Shown: positions 1 to 13,619, counted from the stretch's first letter. The stretch is 64,000 nt of DNA from Octopus vulgaris (GCA_951406725.2 OX597827.1:32550001-32614000); one strand, 5' to 3'. Numbers and translations are program-made. Notes: generated by a model from the letters alone, not told the origin.

Positions 1-550
1 TGGGTTGTTTACTTGCCTGTGTCCTAGAGGTGTAGTGAACACACTTTGGAACTGTTCGTTCAGTATTTCACTTATCCTCGTGGGATTTCCTGTGAGAGAG
101 CCATCTTTTTGGAAGAGAGGTCCTATTCTCTGGTGCACTGTGGCTGTCTCTTTGGCAAACTTAAAGAAAGCTTTAGGGTTTGACTCGATATTTTCTATTA
201 CCCAAGCTTCTTTATCTGCTCTCTCCATTTCATGAGACTGATGCAGACTTTTCTCAATTTCCATTAGCATTCTCTCGAGTCGAGACTTCTCACCACTTTT
301 GGTTGCTTGCTCAGGCGGTTCGCAATTCTTGTCCGTCGTCTCATAAGAATCTTCCTTTCTCTAGGGATCCTGTTTTTGTTTTTGTGTGTGCTGGCCCTGC
401 ACACTGGGACATATTTGTCACATATGGCTTGTATTATGGACATGAAGTGTTTGTGTTTCATGTTTATGTCCGGTGTGGAGAGACATTTAGGCCAATCGTG
501 CTTGAGGATCTCTTTCTCGATCAACTTCCAATTTGCTTTATGAAAGTTTA
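1..550 (-). mobile_element. CR1/Jockey-group LINE ORF2 fragment (linker between endonuclease and RT), frameshifted, runs off window start
   Basis: Minus-strand translation ...FMSIIQAICDKYVP...RIPRERKILMRRR, then in another frame EAWVIENIESNPKAFFKFAK...IGPL...EILNEQFQSVFT, typical of CR1-like ORF2 upstream of RT. Confidence 0.8.
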
Positions 551-689
551 AGTTGGAGAGATTGTGGATGCTTCGTATAGGCTGTATATTATTATTATTT
601 TAACCTGGTTACAATATAAACAAAACTGAAAACATAATAAAATAAAATACACAGATAAATAAACAAATGGAAGTAAATAACTATACACA

Positions 690-708
690 TTTTTATTATT
701 ATTATTAC

Positions 709-742
<34 letters not shown>

Positions 743-750
743 CATACATG

Positions 751-805
<55 letters not shown>
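690..805. repeat. (TAT)n / (AAT)n inverted microsatellite pair
   Basis: Direct reading: TAT run followed by AAT run. Confidence 0.95.
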
Positions 806-1209
806 GTAGGTATAAACACATGAATAAAATAAAAATAAACAAAAACAAAAACAAAATACACGAACGTATATAAACAGGAGATACAAATATTACAGGCACT
901 CACCACCCCCACACACACTAACTAAACATAGACACACATAGAGATATGCGCATGCGCAAATGAAGACACATACAATAGAAATACAAAATACAAAATGGCT
1001 GACCGTTAGTAAGGCGAGACACACAAATAAGAAAGAAGAAAGCAAAGGACCACTGATGCGGTCACAGGAGTGTGACGAAAGAACTCTGGCCGAAATAAGA
1101 TTAAGATTAATGTAAAAAATATATAACGCTGAAGCAAAGTAACACCAAATATATAATGCGTGTGTTTTTATTGGCTAAACTGGCAAAATGACCATTCCTA
1201 AATACAACA

Positions 1210-1210
1210 A

Positions 1211-1259
<49 letters not shown>

Positions 1260-1700
1260 TTATAACTGTTCAATATTTGGTAAGTTGAAGCAAATTTTTA
1301 CTGCATTACCTGCTACACCTCCGTGTTGCTGAGGTGTATGCCGCATTATGTGTTAACTTTTCACGGTACTGTATTGTGTTAGTTTTTTCCTCTCTTGAGG
1401 TATGGTGCAGTGTCTTTTGATGTATTACTGTTTGTTTTGTGTGTTGAGCGTGTAATGCATTGGTTTTCTAGCTTGCTGGTGGAAGTTTATTTCACTGGGT
1501 CTCGTGTTTGTGGGTTATTTTGTTTGGGTTGTATTATTGAATTGATAGTGTTATGCGTAGGATGTGAGCTGTTCCATTGCAGGGCTATTTTTTGGATAGT
1601 GTGTAGTGTTGAGGGTCCAGATATAGCTTCTACGTTTTTGTTCCTAAGTTTTTTTTATCATGCCCGATGCTCCGGTCAAGTGGTTGGTTACTGAGCCAAC
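1210..1700 (-). mobile_element. 3' end of Dong/R4-like (RLE-type) non-LTR retrotransposon with (TAA)n tail
   Basis: Minus strand reads GASGMIKK...ISGPSTLHTIQKIAL(fs)GTAHILR, matching the GALG..K...IQK..L.GTAHILR C-terminus of R4/Dong, then a 3'UTR ending in (AAT)n at 1210-1260. Confidence 0.65.
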
Positions 1701-2011
1701 TTCCCCAATTGCGTAGCTTACTACTCTAGTGAGGTGAGTGTCTGGACACACAGCAAAACTAAAGAAAAGACTTGTTAAAGTTCAGATGAGCTCCTTGTAG
1801 CCCAACGGCCATTTAGTCGGGAAAGGTAATGACAAACCGCATCATTAATCTATCAGTCAATGAAACACGATGAGGAAGTCAGAACGAAGTAACGCTATGG
1901 CGTCATCCGATGGGAGAACTCGCGCTTAATCGGGAAACCTTTCGCTACAGTCTCATTAACGCGTTGTAAAAGCGTACGAAATTTGAAAGAACACTTATGT
2001 ATGTATGTATG

Positions 2012-2047
<36 letters not shown>

Positions 2048-2089
2048 TGTATGTATGTATGCATGTATGTATGTATGTTCATATTTGTA

Positions 2090-2280
2090 TTTGTTCCCTC
2101 GATTTACAACCGATGTTGGTTTGTTTACGTCTCCGTAGCTTAACAGTCCGGTCAAAGAGAAGGATAAAAAAATTACTAGGCTTAAAAAGAACAAAGATCG
2201 ATTTATTTGATTCAGTCCTGTAATGCCGTGTTCTAGCATGGCGTCAGTCCAGTGAGTGAAACGATTAAAACAAGAGAAAA
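2090..2280 (+). mobile_element. SINE family B, 3' half
   Basis: acaaccgatgttggtttgtttacgtc...agcatggc...gtccagtgagtgaaac matches 3' half of copy at 48710-49165. Confidence 0.7.
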
Positions 2281-2760
2281 GTAAGAAATATAATTACAGA
2301 ACGCAGCGTTGTTGCATGACGGCAACATTCTTACAGCAGGTGAACAATGCGGGGGTGGGGGAAACGTCAATATTCCAAGAATTAAACTGAGACCTGCAGA
2401 CATCTTCTGCCATTAACATAGCTTCCATTACAATTACAGCTTCCATTTGCAATGACGTTTGCCATGACAGTTAAGGAATCTCAGCGTTTTAAATCCGGGT
2501 TTCTAGAATGAATGGTCCCGAGACCAAAGCCTCTACCACGATTTTTTTAAAATGTGGTGGAAAACTAGCTCAGGAAGGCAGAGACACTACCCCCTGAAAC
2601 CCCCTTTTGGAGCCCCCCTACCTATATATATATATATATTATATATAGAGAGTAATAATCATTTTTACTATAGGCACAGGGTCTGGAACTTTGGTTGGTG
2701 GGTGGGGGGCTAGTCGAGGCCTTTCCCAGTGTTCTGCTGGTACTTATTTCATCAACCCCG

Positions 2761-2995
2761 AACAAACATTTTCCTGTAAACCACAGATACAGGAACATTT
2801 TCAACAGGTGATCAGTGAAATTATCGTACAGCTGCTGTCCCAACATAAAGAGTTTCATTAGATGTGACCAACGTAACGAGCCTGAAGCCAGCTGCAGCTG
2901 TCGCGATCCATGATCCTGTCCACTCGAACAACGGAGCATGACCAAAGCGATTGTATATGAGGCGGAAATCACTGAAACCTTAACTTTTAATACAA
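2761..2995 (+). mobile_element. Penelope-like element fragment (thumb/linker to GIY-YIG, Naiad-like), pseudogenised
   Basis: Frame from 2761: NKHFPVNHRYRNIFNR*SVKLSYSCCPNIKSFI...SCSCRDP*SCPLEQRSMTKAIVYEAEI; KHFP..H..IFNR..VK.SYSC.PN and CxCx5C-PL motifs. Confidence 0.75.
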
Positions 2996-2999
2996 TTCG

Positions 3000-3067
<68 letters not shown>

Positions 3068-3068
<1 letters not shown>

Positions 3069-3947
3069 TAGCTTAAGGTAACCCGCACTACGCGCGGGTA
3101 AGAGTGTGGTTCTTACATTCTGTTTTTTATCACCACATTCTCCCTCTTTGTTTCTCTCTCTTTTCTCTCTCACTTCCCACTCTCTTACTCTTCCTTTCTC
3201 TCGGACTCTCCGTCGCTTTCTCTTACTCTCTATCTTTCTCTATCTCTCTCCCATTTATAAACAACAAAAGATCTTGAGTAAGTTGAGAAAGTAAAATATT
3301 TTGAAAGATCAATCATAAATATCAGGCAGTGACAACGGAAAGGTCTGCTCCAAGGCAGACAGCAAAACAGTAACATTTAAAAGGGACAGACGAACTTGTG
3401 AGCTGAATAAAAATATAAAAAAATATTGGAAACCAAAGTTTGAAGGGATAGAATATGAGGATAGTAGACTTACCATGGCTGGCATTTCTTAAGGACGGAT
3501 AGCAACGTAGTGGCAGTTTAACGGCTGGCGTAAAATTTTGAACTTGTTGTAAAAGAAAATTCCTAAACACCAAGTTTTGAGGTGATTCTTTCTCATGACA
3601 GTAGACTCACCATGGCAAGCATTCAAAACTTCTTCATCATGGACGACAACACATTAACGATTTAAAGGCTAGCACAAATTTTTTAGCTTGATGTAACAGA
3701 GAATTCCTAAACACCCGCTCCTGTAAATTTTAATCACCTTCCAGCCCCATTTAGACCCCTTTTCACATTTTGGTTAATATAACCCGATTTCATTCGGGTC
3801 TACTCGGGCCACATTTTATAAGATGAGGAATTTTGTCCTAGAGGTCACGCCTTTCATTTGAGGAAAAAAATAGTTGTCATGCAAACTTGCCAGCACTTTT
3901 AACATAGATTTGCATATTTTCAGCACAACCGACCACATAATGCACAC

Positions 3948-3950
<3 letters not shown>
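3068..3950 (-). mobile_element. Non-autonomous Helitron-like element
   Basis: On minus strand ends in hairpin ACCCGC-GCGTAGT-GCGGGT (3081-3099) followed about 10 nt later by CTAG (3068-3071); flanked by (TA)n on both sides. Confidence 0.6.
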
Positions 3951-3997
<47 letters not shown>

Positions 3998-4001
<4 letters not shown>

Positions 4002-4227
4002 CTTTACTACCCACAAGGGGCTAAACACAGACGGGACAAACAAGGTCAGACAAACGGATTAAGTCGATTATATCGACCCCAGTGTGTAACTGGTACTTAA
4101 TTTATCGACCCCGAAAGGATGAAAGGCAAAGTCGACCTCGGCGGAATTTGAACTCGGAACGTGACGACAGACGAAATACAGCTACGCATTTCGCCCGGCG
4201 TGCTAACGTTTCTGCCAGTTCGCCGCC
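3998..4227 (-). mobile_element. tRNA-derived SINE family A (GGCGAGCTGGCAGAATCGTTAGC... type), full-length
   Basis: Near-identical to copies at 8.2, 19.6, 36.6-37.2 and 41.6-42.5 kb; B-box-like GAGTTCAAATTCC; central GCCTTTCATCCTTTCGGGGTCGATAAA. Confidence 0.9.
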
Positions 4228-4259
4228 TTTATATATATACGCATTATATATATATGTGT

Positions 4260-4300
<41 letters not shown>

Positions 4301-4739
4301 CATTATATATACAAATGTATACAAATTATATATATATATATAAATTAAATTAGAGATAAAACCACTATTAGTCAAATTAAACAGTGAAAAACATAACCCA
4401 AAACATAAAAATAAAAATATAATGTACAAAATATATAAAATATAAAATTTAAAAATTTAAATTATTTAAATTTAAAATGAAAATTATTAATTTATATTTA
4501 TAATTTAAAAAAAAATATATTTAACTATCAAAAAGTATTAAAAAGTTTAATATACATAAATACAGATATATACAGTTTGTATATATACATTATATATACA
4601 TATTTATATATAGAACACACACACACACACATATAAATGAACCGAATAAATATATGATTCATAATATTTGTTCTCATGATTGTGTGGTGGTGGTGGCGAT
4701 GATAATTCTCACTATGAATGCAGACAGACGTAGAGAGAG

Positions 4740-5060
4740 AGAGTGTGTGTGTGTGAAAGCGCTGTTAGACGCCGTTATCGACGTTATATATAGAAAGTGA
4801 TGGGAAGGGAGGAAAGATAGTGAGTGAGGGAGGAAGACAGATACATAAAAGAATGAGTCGACTTGTCAAAGTGCGTTTTTGGCCGTAGCAACGACACCTT
4901 TTAAGATAGGGATTTCTAACCTAGCCCACTAACATCCTCACCTCATTTTACATGTCCCTGTAAATTTTGGAGTCAATCCGACGGGATGTAGTGGTCCTTT
5001 AAACCGTTCCAGACAAACAAACAAACAAACAAACTTTTCGCATTTCAGTTTTATAAATAT
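4740..5060 (-). mobile_element. Probable Helitron/Helentron-type non-autonomous element 5' portion
   Basis: Minus-strand start TATAAAACTGAAATG...(GTTT)n GTCTG resembles the start of the element at 31250 (TATAAAACTCAACTTGTTTGTCTG). Confidence 0.4.
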
Positions 5061-5132
5061 ATATATATATATGTAAACAAAATAAGACTACGTGGCATTG
5101 TATGTATGTATGTATGTATGTATGTATGTATA

Positions 5133-5500
5133 TAGGCGCAGACATGATTGTGTAGTAGAAAGCTTACTTCGCAACCATGTAATTCTGGGTTCAGTCCCAA
5201 TGCGTGGCACCATGGCCAAGTGTCTTCTGTTATAGCCTCGGGTCGACCAAAGACTTTCATATATGTATACATATATGTGTGTGCGTCTTTGTGTTTGTGT
5301 ATGCGCCCTACTTCCACCCCACCGCTGACAAACGGTGATGTGTTCAGCTCCCCAAACTAGCGTTTCAGCAAAGAAGACCGATAGAATAATCACCAGGCTT
5401 TAAAAAGTGTACTGGGCTCAATTCATTCGACCAGAATTCTTAAAGGCGGTGCCCCAGCATGGCCGCAGACTAATGACCGAAGCAAGTAAAAGAACGAAAG
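5133..5500 (+). mobile_element. tRNA-derived SINE family B (CORE-like ccttgggcaagt centre)
   Basis: ggcgcag..tgtgtagtagaaagcttacttcgcaaccatg..gggttcagtccc..gccaagtgtcttct..; matches 21480 and 48710 copies. Confidence 0.85.
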
Positions 5501-6402
5501 AATGTATGTATGATGTATGTACATATACATATATGTGTGTGTGTTTGCTTTAGAATTTGAATTTTTACCTTTTTTTGAAATCATCATTCACCATCGTCTT
5601 CAACAACGATGACAACTACTGCAAAGAGAGAGTGAGGGGGAGAGAGAGGCGGCACATGTCATTTTGCTATTATTATCATCATATGTAAATATCAGCGATT
5701 CAGTAGAATGCCAGACAATTTGGCGCTCTGCCGATTCAGGCAATGATAGAAATCATCATCATAAACGCATATGCGCACATACATAAATACACACATATAC
5801 ACACATACAAATATATAAATACACACACACATACATATTATATATCTTCACATATAAACATATATACACCGACACGCATTTATATATATACGCACACCCA
5901 CCCACCCACACACCCACACATTTATACGCACGCACACACATTTATACGTACTCACACACATTTATATATATATATAAACACACACTATACTAATGCAGAT
6001 ACCACTCCCCTTTATACTCGCTTCGAAACACAGATACACTCATCCAGCTACATACCAGCTTCTTCCTCCGTTCATAAACCCACCCCATACATTTCAACCT
6101 GATTTTTTAACCTTTGACCTTCCTCCTGTGTACTTCCCCCCCTTTTTACGCACTCTTTATTTCTATTTCTCACTCTCTATGCTTCTTGTTTTCTTTTTTT
6201 ATTTACTGGTGAAAAACTGACGTCCGAAAGATTACCCCCTCTCTTTTTTTACGCCTTGAAGCGTAAAACTAAAACCCTATTTATCAAATTATCTTCTTTC
6301 TGTGTTATTCTATTTCTTGATCATTGTCTTTGCACTACACACACACACACACACACGCACATATACACATACTGTATATATATATATATGTATATATATA
6401 TG

Positions 6403-6499
<97 letters not shown>

Positions 6500-6501
<2 letters not shown>

Positions 6502-7960
6502 ATATGGTAACTACTTTGATAACCTATATTACCTTCAAATACAAGGCACACCAATGGGAACGAAAGTAACCCCAACTTTTGTAACACTAATAATGGGATT
6601 CCTTGAATAAACATTTTCTAGTTCCATTTAAGGGAAAACTGAAAAAGATTTCTGAACGACTGCCTCATATTTTGGAGCAGAACCTAACAAAATTCCTTAA
6701 ATTAATAAATAGCATTCATAAATCGAGCCTGTTCACAATGGAAATGAATGAAAGAGAACATCTTTTTTGAATAGCAAATTAAAGAAAATGAGATGGCTAA
6801 AACCGATCCCTCCTGCAAGAACACGGACACATCAATACTTAAGCTTTAGATTTTACCATCTATCCTTCATTAAAAGGAACATCCCATTAAAGGCGTATAT
6901 TTTCAGTAGTAATGGACACAAATGGACGAGAGAAACGACTGGTGGAAATAAATGTTTCTCCAGAAAAAAGCACCAAAGAAACTTACTAAATCATGCGATG
7001 GCTAGAGCAGGAAAGATTCCAATCTGTCTTTCACGGAGACAAATCTCATTATGAAGAGGAAAGCAAATACTAAAATATGAACATCCCGTTTGTAGTTATA
7101 CATAATCATAGAAACCACAACATCTTAAGTTCGGCCGAACGAGATCTTTCAATTCTAGACTAATTATAAAATCTCAGAAAAACCACTAAAGGATCACAGA
7201 TAATCAACGGTCGAAAACAACAAATTAAATCTCAAAAGATTCTTAACAAAAAGCGAAATTCACATCAAAAGAAATAATTCGGGTAACAAACTGCGAAGAT
7301 GTTCGTTATAGGACGAGTGAAATAATTGAACCGAGAGCAGCCAAAAGAATCAAGAATGGGAAGAAATTAAAGGTCAATGCAATATGAATTGCACCCCCAC
7401 CCCAAAAAAGTCCTTTTTGCTGCATCACATGACCACGCCGCAATGAGAATTATATCGACTAAGCGGCATCAAAATTCATACTCTGCGTTGTTGAATATAA
7501 ACAACTAATCAATGATTCATCTCTTAAAAACGTTCTATGTAGTGAACATTTAGACATTTATGCAAATGGATAAATCAAAATATCGCCTTTTACCAAAATA
7601 AAAGAAAATTGGCAAGTACGAACGGCAAAATGCATGTAAACGAATATAGACACTTTAATTTTTTCTAAAATAAACAAATATATCAACTCATTCTATTATG
7701 TGTATTATCAAATCTTTGTCTTACTTGAGTCTGTTTCATATTCTTGTTTTATTAAATATTCAAATTTTATTAACTATCCAAAATACTTCTCGCAAAAATA
7801 CCGTTTTCTGGGTTTTTTTTTTTTTTTGTTTTTTTGGAACTACTCCCAACCGATCAAAGTAGATCCGAGTGCACTACGCTCTGCTGATGAGGCTCAGACT
7901 AAATATGTCTCAAGTTATCCCCCTTACTTGCTAATCAGAATTAGCTTTTCTCTTAAGTAA
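6500..7960 (+). mobile_element. Degenerate Penelope-like element (RT C-half, GIY-YIG region and 3' pLTR)
   Basis: [27 protein letters not shown] (PLE RT Q..G.AMG...AP motif), then fragments FTME, THQYL, KRNIP, NIPFV, ENYI, CSEHLD across frameshifts; CTGATGAG at 7884; begins directly after (TA)n. Confidence 0.8.
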
Positions 7961-8129
7961 TTTTTTTAACGCACAAATCCAATAGCCTCCTCTAGTGAAT
8001 ATAGTGACTATAATTACGTCAAAAGTTATATTGTATCTATCATAACGTATTGCATTTGTTTGAAGGTGAGATTACATTTTCTTACCTCAATATTCATGTG
8101 AATTGATACTGTTCCTTTCAAATAAATAC

Positions 8130-8415
8130 AAACATCGACCCCAGTACGCAACTGGTACCTAATGTAGCGACGAGCGAAATACCTATTTCTTTACTACCCA
8201 CAAGGGGCTAAACACAGAGGCGACAAACAAGGACAGACAAACGGATTAAGTCGATTACATGGACCCCAGTGCGTAACTGGTACTTATTTAACCGACCCCG
8301 AAAGGATGAAAGGCAAAGTCGACCTCGTCAGAATTTGACCTCAGAACGTGACGGCAGACGAAATACGGCTAAGCATTTCGCCCGGCGTGCTAACCATTCT
8401 GCCAGCTCGCCGCCT
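8130..8415 (-). mobile_element. SINE family A, partially dimeric
   Basis: Same sequence as 3998-4227 with an extra partial unit. Confidence 0.9.
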
Positions 8416-8937
8416 TTCTATGTTCTAGATGTTAAGGACAACGGTTGTCAGCTATTCTCGTGCCGAAATTTAAAATCCAAAGCAGCTTGTACAAAGGTAC
8501 ACAGACTCACTTAGGAAACCAAATAGTCCAGAAGCGAGCAAAAGCAAGATCTCTGACTTCGCAATGAGGCGGCTGTTATTTCTAGACTTCTTTCTCCTCG
8601 AGAAATATTTAAACAAAAGACCAAGCGTCTCTCGGCGGTTGGATGGCCGTCGGCTCTACTGAGTTCATCTGTCCTTTGGCTGGCTTTGTAAGAATGCTTT
8701 TCTCTTTTATATTATCCACGCCGGCCTTTGTATCAGACATGACGAAAGGCAGCGAGTTGAGACTTTGAAATCACTGTCAACCGGTTTTTTTTTTGCAGAA
8801 GTTGTGTATGTTCGTGTGTGCGTGTGTGTGCGCGCGCGCACGTACATGTGTGTGTGCGTGCACGCGCACACGTACGTGTGTGTGCATACGCGCTACGTAC
8901 ATGTGTATTGTGTGTGTACGCGCGCACGTACCTGTGT

Positions 8938-8983
<46 letters not shown>

Positions 8984-10233
8984 CGCGCTCGTACCTGTGT
9001 ATGTGTTTTGCGTGTATTATGTATGTAAAAATGAGAGCAAATACGAGGGAAGGAGAGAATGAAGTAGAGTGTGAGCAGCCTTGGAGACACAAAGATGAAA
9101 AGAATTCCATGTTGCTGATAGCAACAAATTCCTGTCAAAACTTTCGTTCATTTCATTGTGACATACATATAAGTTCTTAAGTTGTCAGTCTCTTATTCAC
9201 CCGAAAGCATACTTCAACCCTCATCCCACCCCCATGCACATTCCACCCTTTTAATGTACAATACAAACGTTGGGAGTGATACATGTTTTTATTCTAAGCT
9301 TGTCATTTGAGTTAAACAATATTAAACTGTAACGGATCCATTCATCCTTATTCTTTCTGGAAGTTTCGGACGTGAATATCAGATCGCTGTTGTTTTCCGT
9401 CATCGGAGAATAATTCCTCCCTTTCGATGATGTGTTATTATAAACACACGAGATGTTCTCCGGTGAGAAACAACAGCGATCAAATATTTGTGACATTGCA
9501 TATAAACGACATTGTATATGCATGTATGTACGTATGTGTGCGTATATAACTGTGTGCTACACAGTAGGATCAAACTGGGAACCACATGTTTGAGAAGCAA
9601 GCCTCTTAACCATTGAGCTACAAAACGCCTACCGATATAAGAAGTAAATGAATAGAAAATCTGAATATATACAAATAAAAATCAAACAATACTATCGCCA
9701 CCAATACCACCAATAGCAACAACAATGACAATCCACAGGACCAGCAGAATATAACAGAACACAACTCCATGCCACAATAGACGACGTCTTACTTCGTTCA
9801 TTGACTCTACTTAAGTAAACGTCGCCACCGTCTTTCGGCCGGCCCCTGTCGTCTGCTCAAAATGTACACGAAAGTTTAAATGTCAACGGCTTTAGCCGTG
9901 TTATATTGTTAGAGTAAACATGAATATGATAAACATTGAAAACAGTGGACTGTGATGGTATGATGACAAAGATTTGAGAGCGAAACAGAGAGAGAAGAGA
10001 CCAGTGTGTGATGATGATGGTGGGGTGGGGGTCTTTAAAAATAAACAAATGTTAAGAATATTGTCACGATTTGAATGTGATATGGCGAGATGTGGAGGAG
10101 TGGAATGGAGTGTGAAATAAAAGATGGTGGGAAACGAAAGAAGAAAGAATTCTAGTTGTGACATAAAGGAAATGTTGTGAAGGCGAGTGAAAATGAATGT
10201 GAGAGTGAGTGTGAGTGAGTAAGTCTGTGAAGG

Positions 10234-10296
<63 letters not shown>

Positions 10297-10559
10297 TTCG
10301 ACGAATGAGTGAAAGAAATAAAATAGTGATAGTAAGAAAATGTGAGCGAGTGGATGAGTGAGAGAGGATGAGGGAGGGAGGGAGGATGAGTGAGTGGGAG
10401 AGGATGTGAGTGAGTTAGTGTGAGAGAGAGCGAGTGTGTGAGTTAGTGAGTGTGAGAGAGCGCGAGTGAATGAGCAAAAGTGATGACAAAAAGGAAATGA
10501 GAATCAAAACGATGAGTGAGTCATCCTGAAAAGGAGTGCAGTTTTAGTGGTAAGAGTGA

Positions 10560-11250
10560 GACAGTGTTGGAGAAAACTGCTGTTCAAACCTATGAGTAAG
10601 AACGTGGGGATCCAAAAAAGAACCTTGGGACACACGGGAATAGACGGATCGTTGAATTATAGAGAGCTCTTTGAGCACACACCGCAATGGTGCGATCTGA
10701 ACAGATCCAAAAGACGACAGGCGGATGAAGAATATAGGTTGGAAAGTTTGTTAAAGAATTTGCGTCCTACAAAATGTCGAGTGCTTTGCTGGTGTCAAGA
10801 AAAAAAAACAGATTTTTGTCGAGTTTCTCGAAAATGAGGGCCCACTGGAACATGACATAGATGAATAGATCTCCAGTAGATTCGGCTCCGCGAAACCTGT
10901 ACGGGGCGGGGATATAAAACGAAAGGGAAAAAGATTCAAGTTGCTGGAGAAGGTGTTAACGGCCAACGCCATCATCTTTGAGATATTGATAGCAAGTTCG
11001 ACAGAGCGGTAGTTTCCAGGGTCAGAGGGTTTGACCTTCTTCGCAATAAGGCAGATTGGAGAGTTTCTTCAGAGATCGCAATATAATTTTGGAGAGAAAG
11101 AGAGAAATAGAGAAGGAGAGAGAGAAGGAAATTGAAGAATTTGATGAAGATAGAGGCTGGCACTTTGGTGATTTGTAACGGTTAATGGGAAAGACATTGT
11201 TAGGTCTGATGGCCTTGTAGATCTCAGGCAACAGGTGTTTCCATGAAGTG
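10560..11250 (-). mobile_element. Highly degenerate L2/CR1-like LINE RT fragment
   Basis: Minus-strand pieces across frameshifts: KKG...SDPGNYRSV, NISKMM, GFRG..STGDL, LDTSKALD, SDRTIAV, VSQGSFLDP. Confidence 0.65.
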
Positions 11251-11389
11251 GGAGGAGATGGTAATAGGTAAGATTCATTGTGTTTGCATGTGTGTGTGAG
11301 AGGGAGAGAGAGAGAGAGAGAGCGGAAAGAAGGGTACAAAGGGGGAAGTAAAGATGAAAGCTCTTTTTCTGGGAAGCGTTGCTTAAAGA

Positions 11390-11735
11390 ACCATCATGAC
11401 TAAAAGTGGAGGAAAGGAAGATTCTGGCAAATGGGTAGAAATTTTATTTTTTGTTGGGTACCAAAAGCGTTCCAGTCTTGATCAGTCCAAAGAGTCATCG
11501 CGGCTAAAAAGTAAACAAAAAAAGGATTTTGCTGAATTAATAGAAGTCCTTTTGACTGGAGATCAGCGTCGTTCCAGTTTTGACCAATTCAATGTACCAT
11601 CGTGATCAACGCACCTTTGGTCCTAATGGATCAGACCAAAGAAGCATAATGGTTAAAAAATTGAAGAAAGGAAGAGTCTAGTAAGTTGGTAAGGATACTT
11701 TTGGTAGGGAACTGGCGGCGTTCCAGCCTGGATGA
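11390..11735. repeat. Degenerate ~100-bp tandem repeat
   Basis: Recurring gcgttccagt-ttgatcag-ccaaaga-catc-gg-taaaaa blocks at about 11467, 11570, 11630 and 11718. Confidence 0.5.
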
Positions 11736-11743
11736 GGCCTTTT

Positions 11744-11782
<39 letters not shown>

Positions 11783-12399
11783 GCATAGAATATGTAGTTA
11801 CATTATTCAATGTATTCTATCTCAGGGCTATGATTTGCGGGATGTTTTAGCTGCTATTTCTAATAGGTCGAGTAAGACTATGTAAGTATACATACGCCCC
11901 CACCACTACCACTTTCTGTTGGTCCGGCCGCGAAGTACGTGGTTCAGTGAAATATCCATTCTACCAAATCACCAATCTACTACAACAGCGACATCACCAA
12001 AAACACAGTATTTGGAGTTGATGTCCGAAGCAGACAAAAAAAAAAAAAAAAAGCAATGACGTTATCAGCAACAACAACAACGTTATAAACCCATTTGTGA
12101 TATTTGGCACCGTGTACTGAGATTGTAGAAATGTCAGATGGAAGGAGAGAGGAAATAAACGGTGAACATTTTCAGAGTTGCCAACCTTACATAATGCTAA
12201 ACCTTACACAAAAACTATATTCATTCTTTTCGTGACCTTAACATCTCATATATATATATATATACATACACACACATGCGCGCATACATACATACATACA
12301 CGTACTCACATGCACAAATACATTTACACTTCTATCAGTCTATCTGTTGATATTATCTTACATTATCGGTCTATCTATTTATCTTCGTATCATTTGCCA

Positions 12400-12478
12400 G
12401 ACTTTTAAATATGTCTATTTTTTGCCTTCTGTCCATTAAGATTGTCCGACTTTCTACTTCTCGCTCACATACACACCA

Positions 12479-12546
<68 letters not shown>

Positions 12547-12705
12547 GTCCGTCTATCTATCTATCTGTTTGTCTATCTATCACTGTGTGTCTGTTCATCT
12601 TATATCAATAGTCTTTTAAATATGCCTATTGCTTTTTTTCAGTCTGTAATATTGTCCAAATTTCTTTCCTCTCATGAGTATCAGCTACCACCCTACTTAT
12701 GTATG

Positions 12706-12781
<76 letters not shown>

Positions 12782-12880
12782 CATCTATCCATCTATCTAT
12801 CTTCGTATCGACTTATTAAACATGTCTATTGCCTTGTTTTCTGTCCATAAAATGTCCGACTCTGCCTCTCTTGTGTATCG
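12400..12880. repeat. ~205-bp tandem unit containing (CTAT)n, about 2.5 copies
   Basis: ttaaatatgtctatt...ctgtcca..a.tgtccgac recurs at about 12405, 12615 and 12815, separated by (CTAT)n. Confidence 0.6.
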
Positions 12881-13184
12881 TCTGCTTATCTTGCTGCCTT
12901 GAACGTCTGCTTCATTCATTTGTTTCTATTTCTCTGTCTTTCTTTCTAGCTGTAAGACAGTTTCACCCACTGTTTCTCTTTCTAAAATTATCGTTCAACA
13001 TCGCTTACCTTTTCACACTTGTCAGTTATCAGTCTATTTCTAAAGAGGCGACTTGGCAAAAGGATTTTAAATGGCAAACAAAATCTGGAAGTGTTAAATT
13101 TTGGCATTTTAACTTCTCTTCATTTTTCTTTTCTGACGTAGACAGAGGTGTCGGAGTTGAGAATAGTACGAATGACCTTTGTAT

Positions 13185-13231
<47 letters not shown>

Positions 13232-13551
13232 CGGTTAGGTGAGCTCGAAGGGGAAGTCAATGTAGTTTTAAGAAGCACAGTTTGTTACTTGAAGGCGATT
13301 TAATTGCTTATTCTCTACCAAGTCCGACAAAAACATGTCGCCCTCTTTGACTTATTTTGTATGTTTGTTGTTGTCCGTGGTGCTCTTTATATCCAGGTCG
13401 GACATAATTGAGTCGACAGACTAATTAAAGACGTTCCAGCTGTGACCATAACAACTTTGATTTCCAGATATAGTATCTTTTTTTCTTTTCGATTTCTCTT
13501 GACAGTTACGTCATTCACATAAAACGTATAAAAGAAAATCTGTTCCCCATC

Positions 13552-13612
<61 letters not shown>

Positions 13613-13619
13613 GCCATTT

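Noticed and set aside
2806-2915. In-frame TGA codons as selenocysteine in the Naiad-like fragment
   Set aside because: They do not fall at the conserved Cys positions, the fragment is truncated and no SECIS is visible. Decay is more likely.
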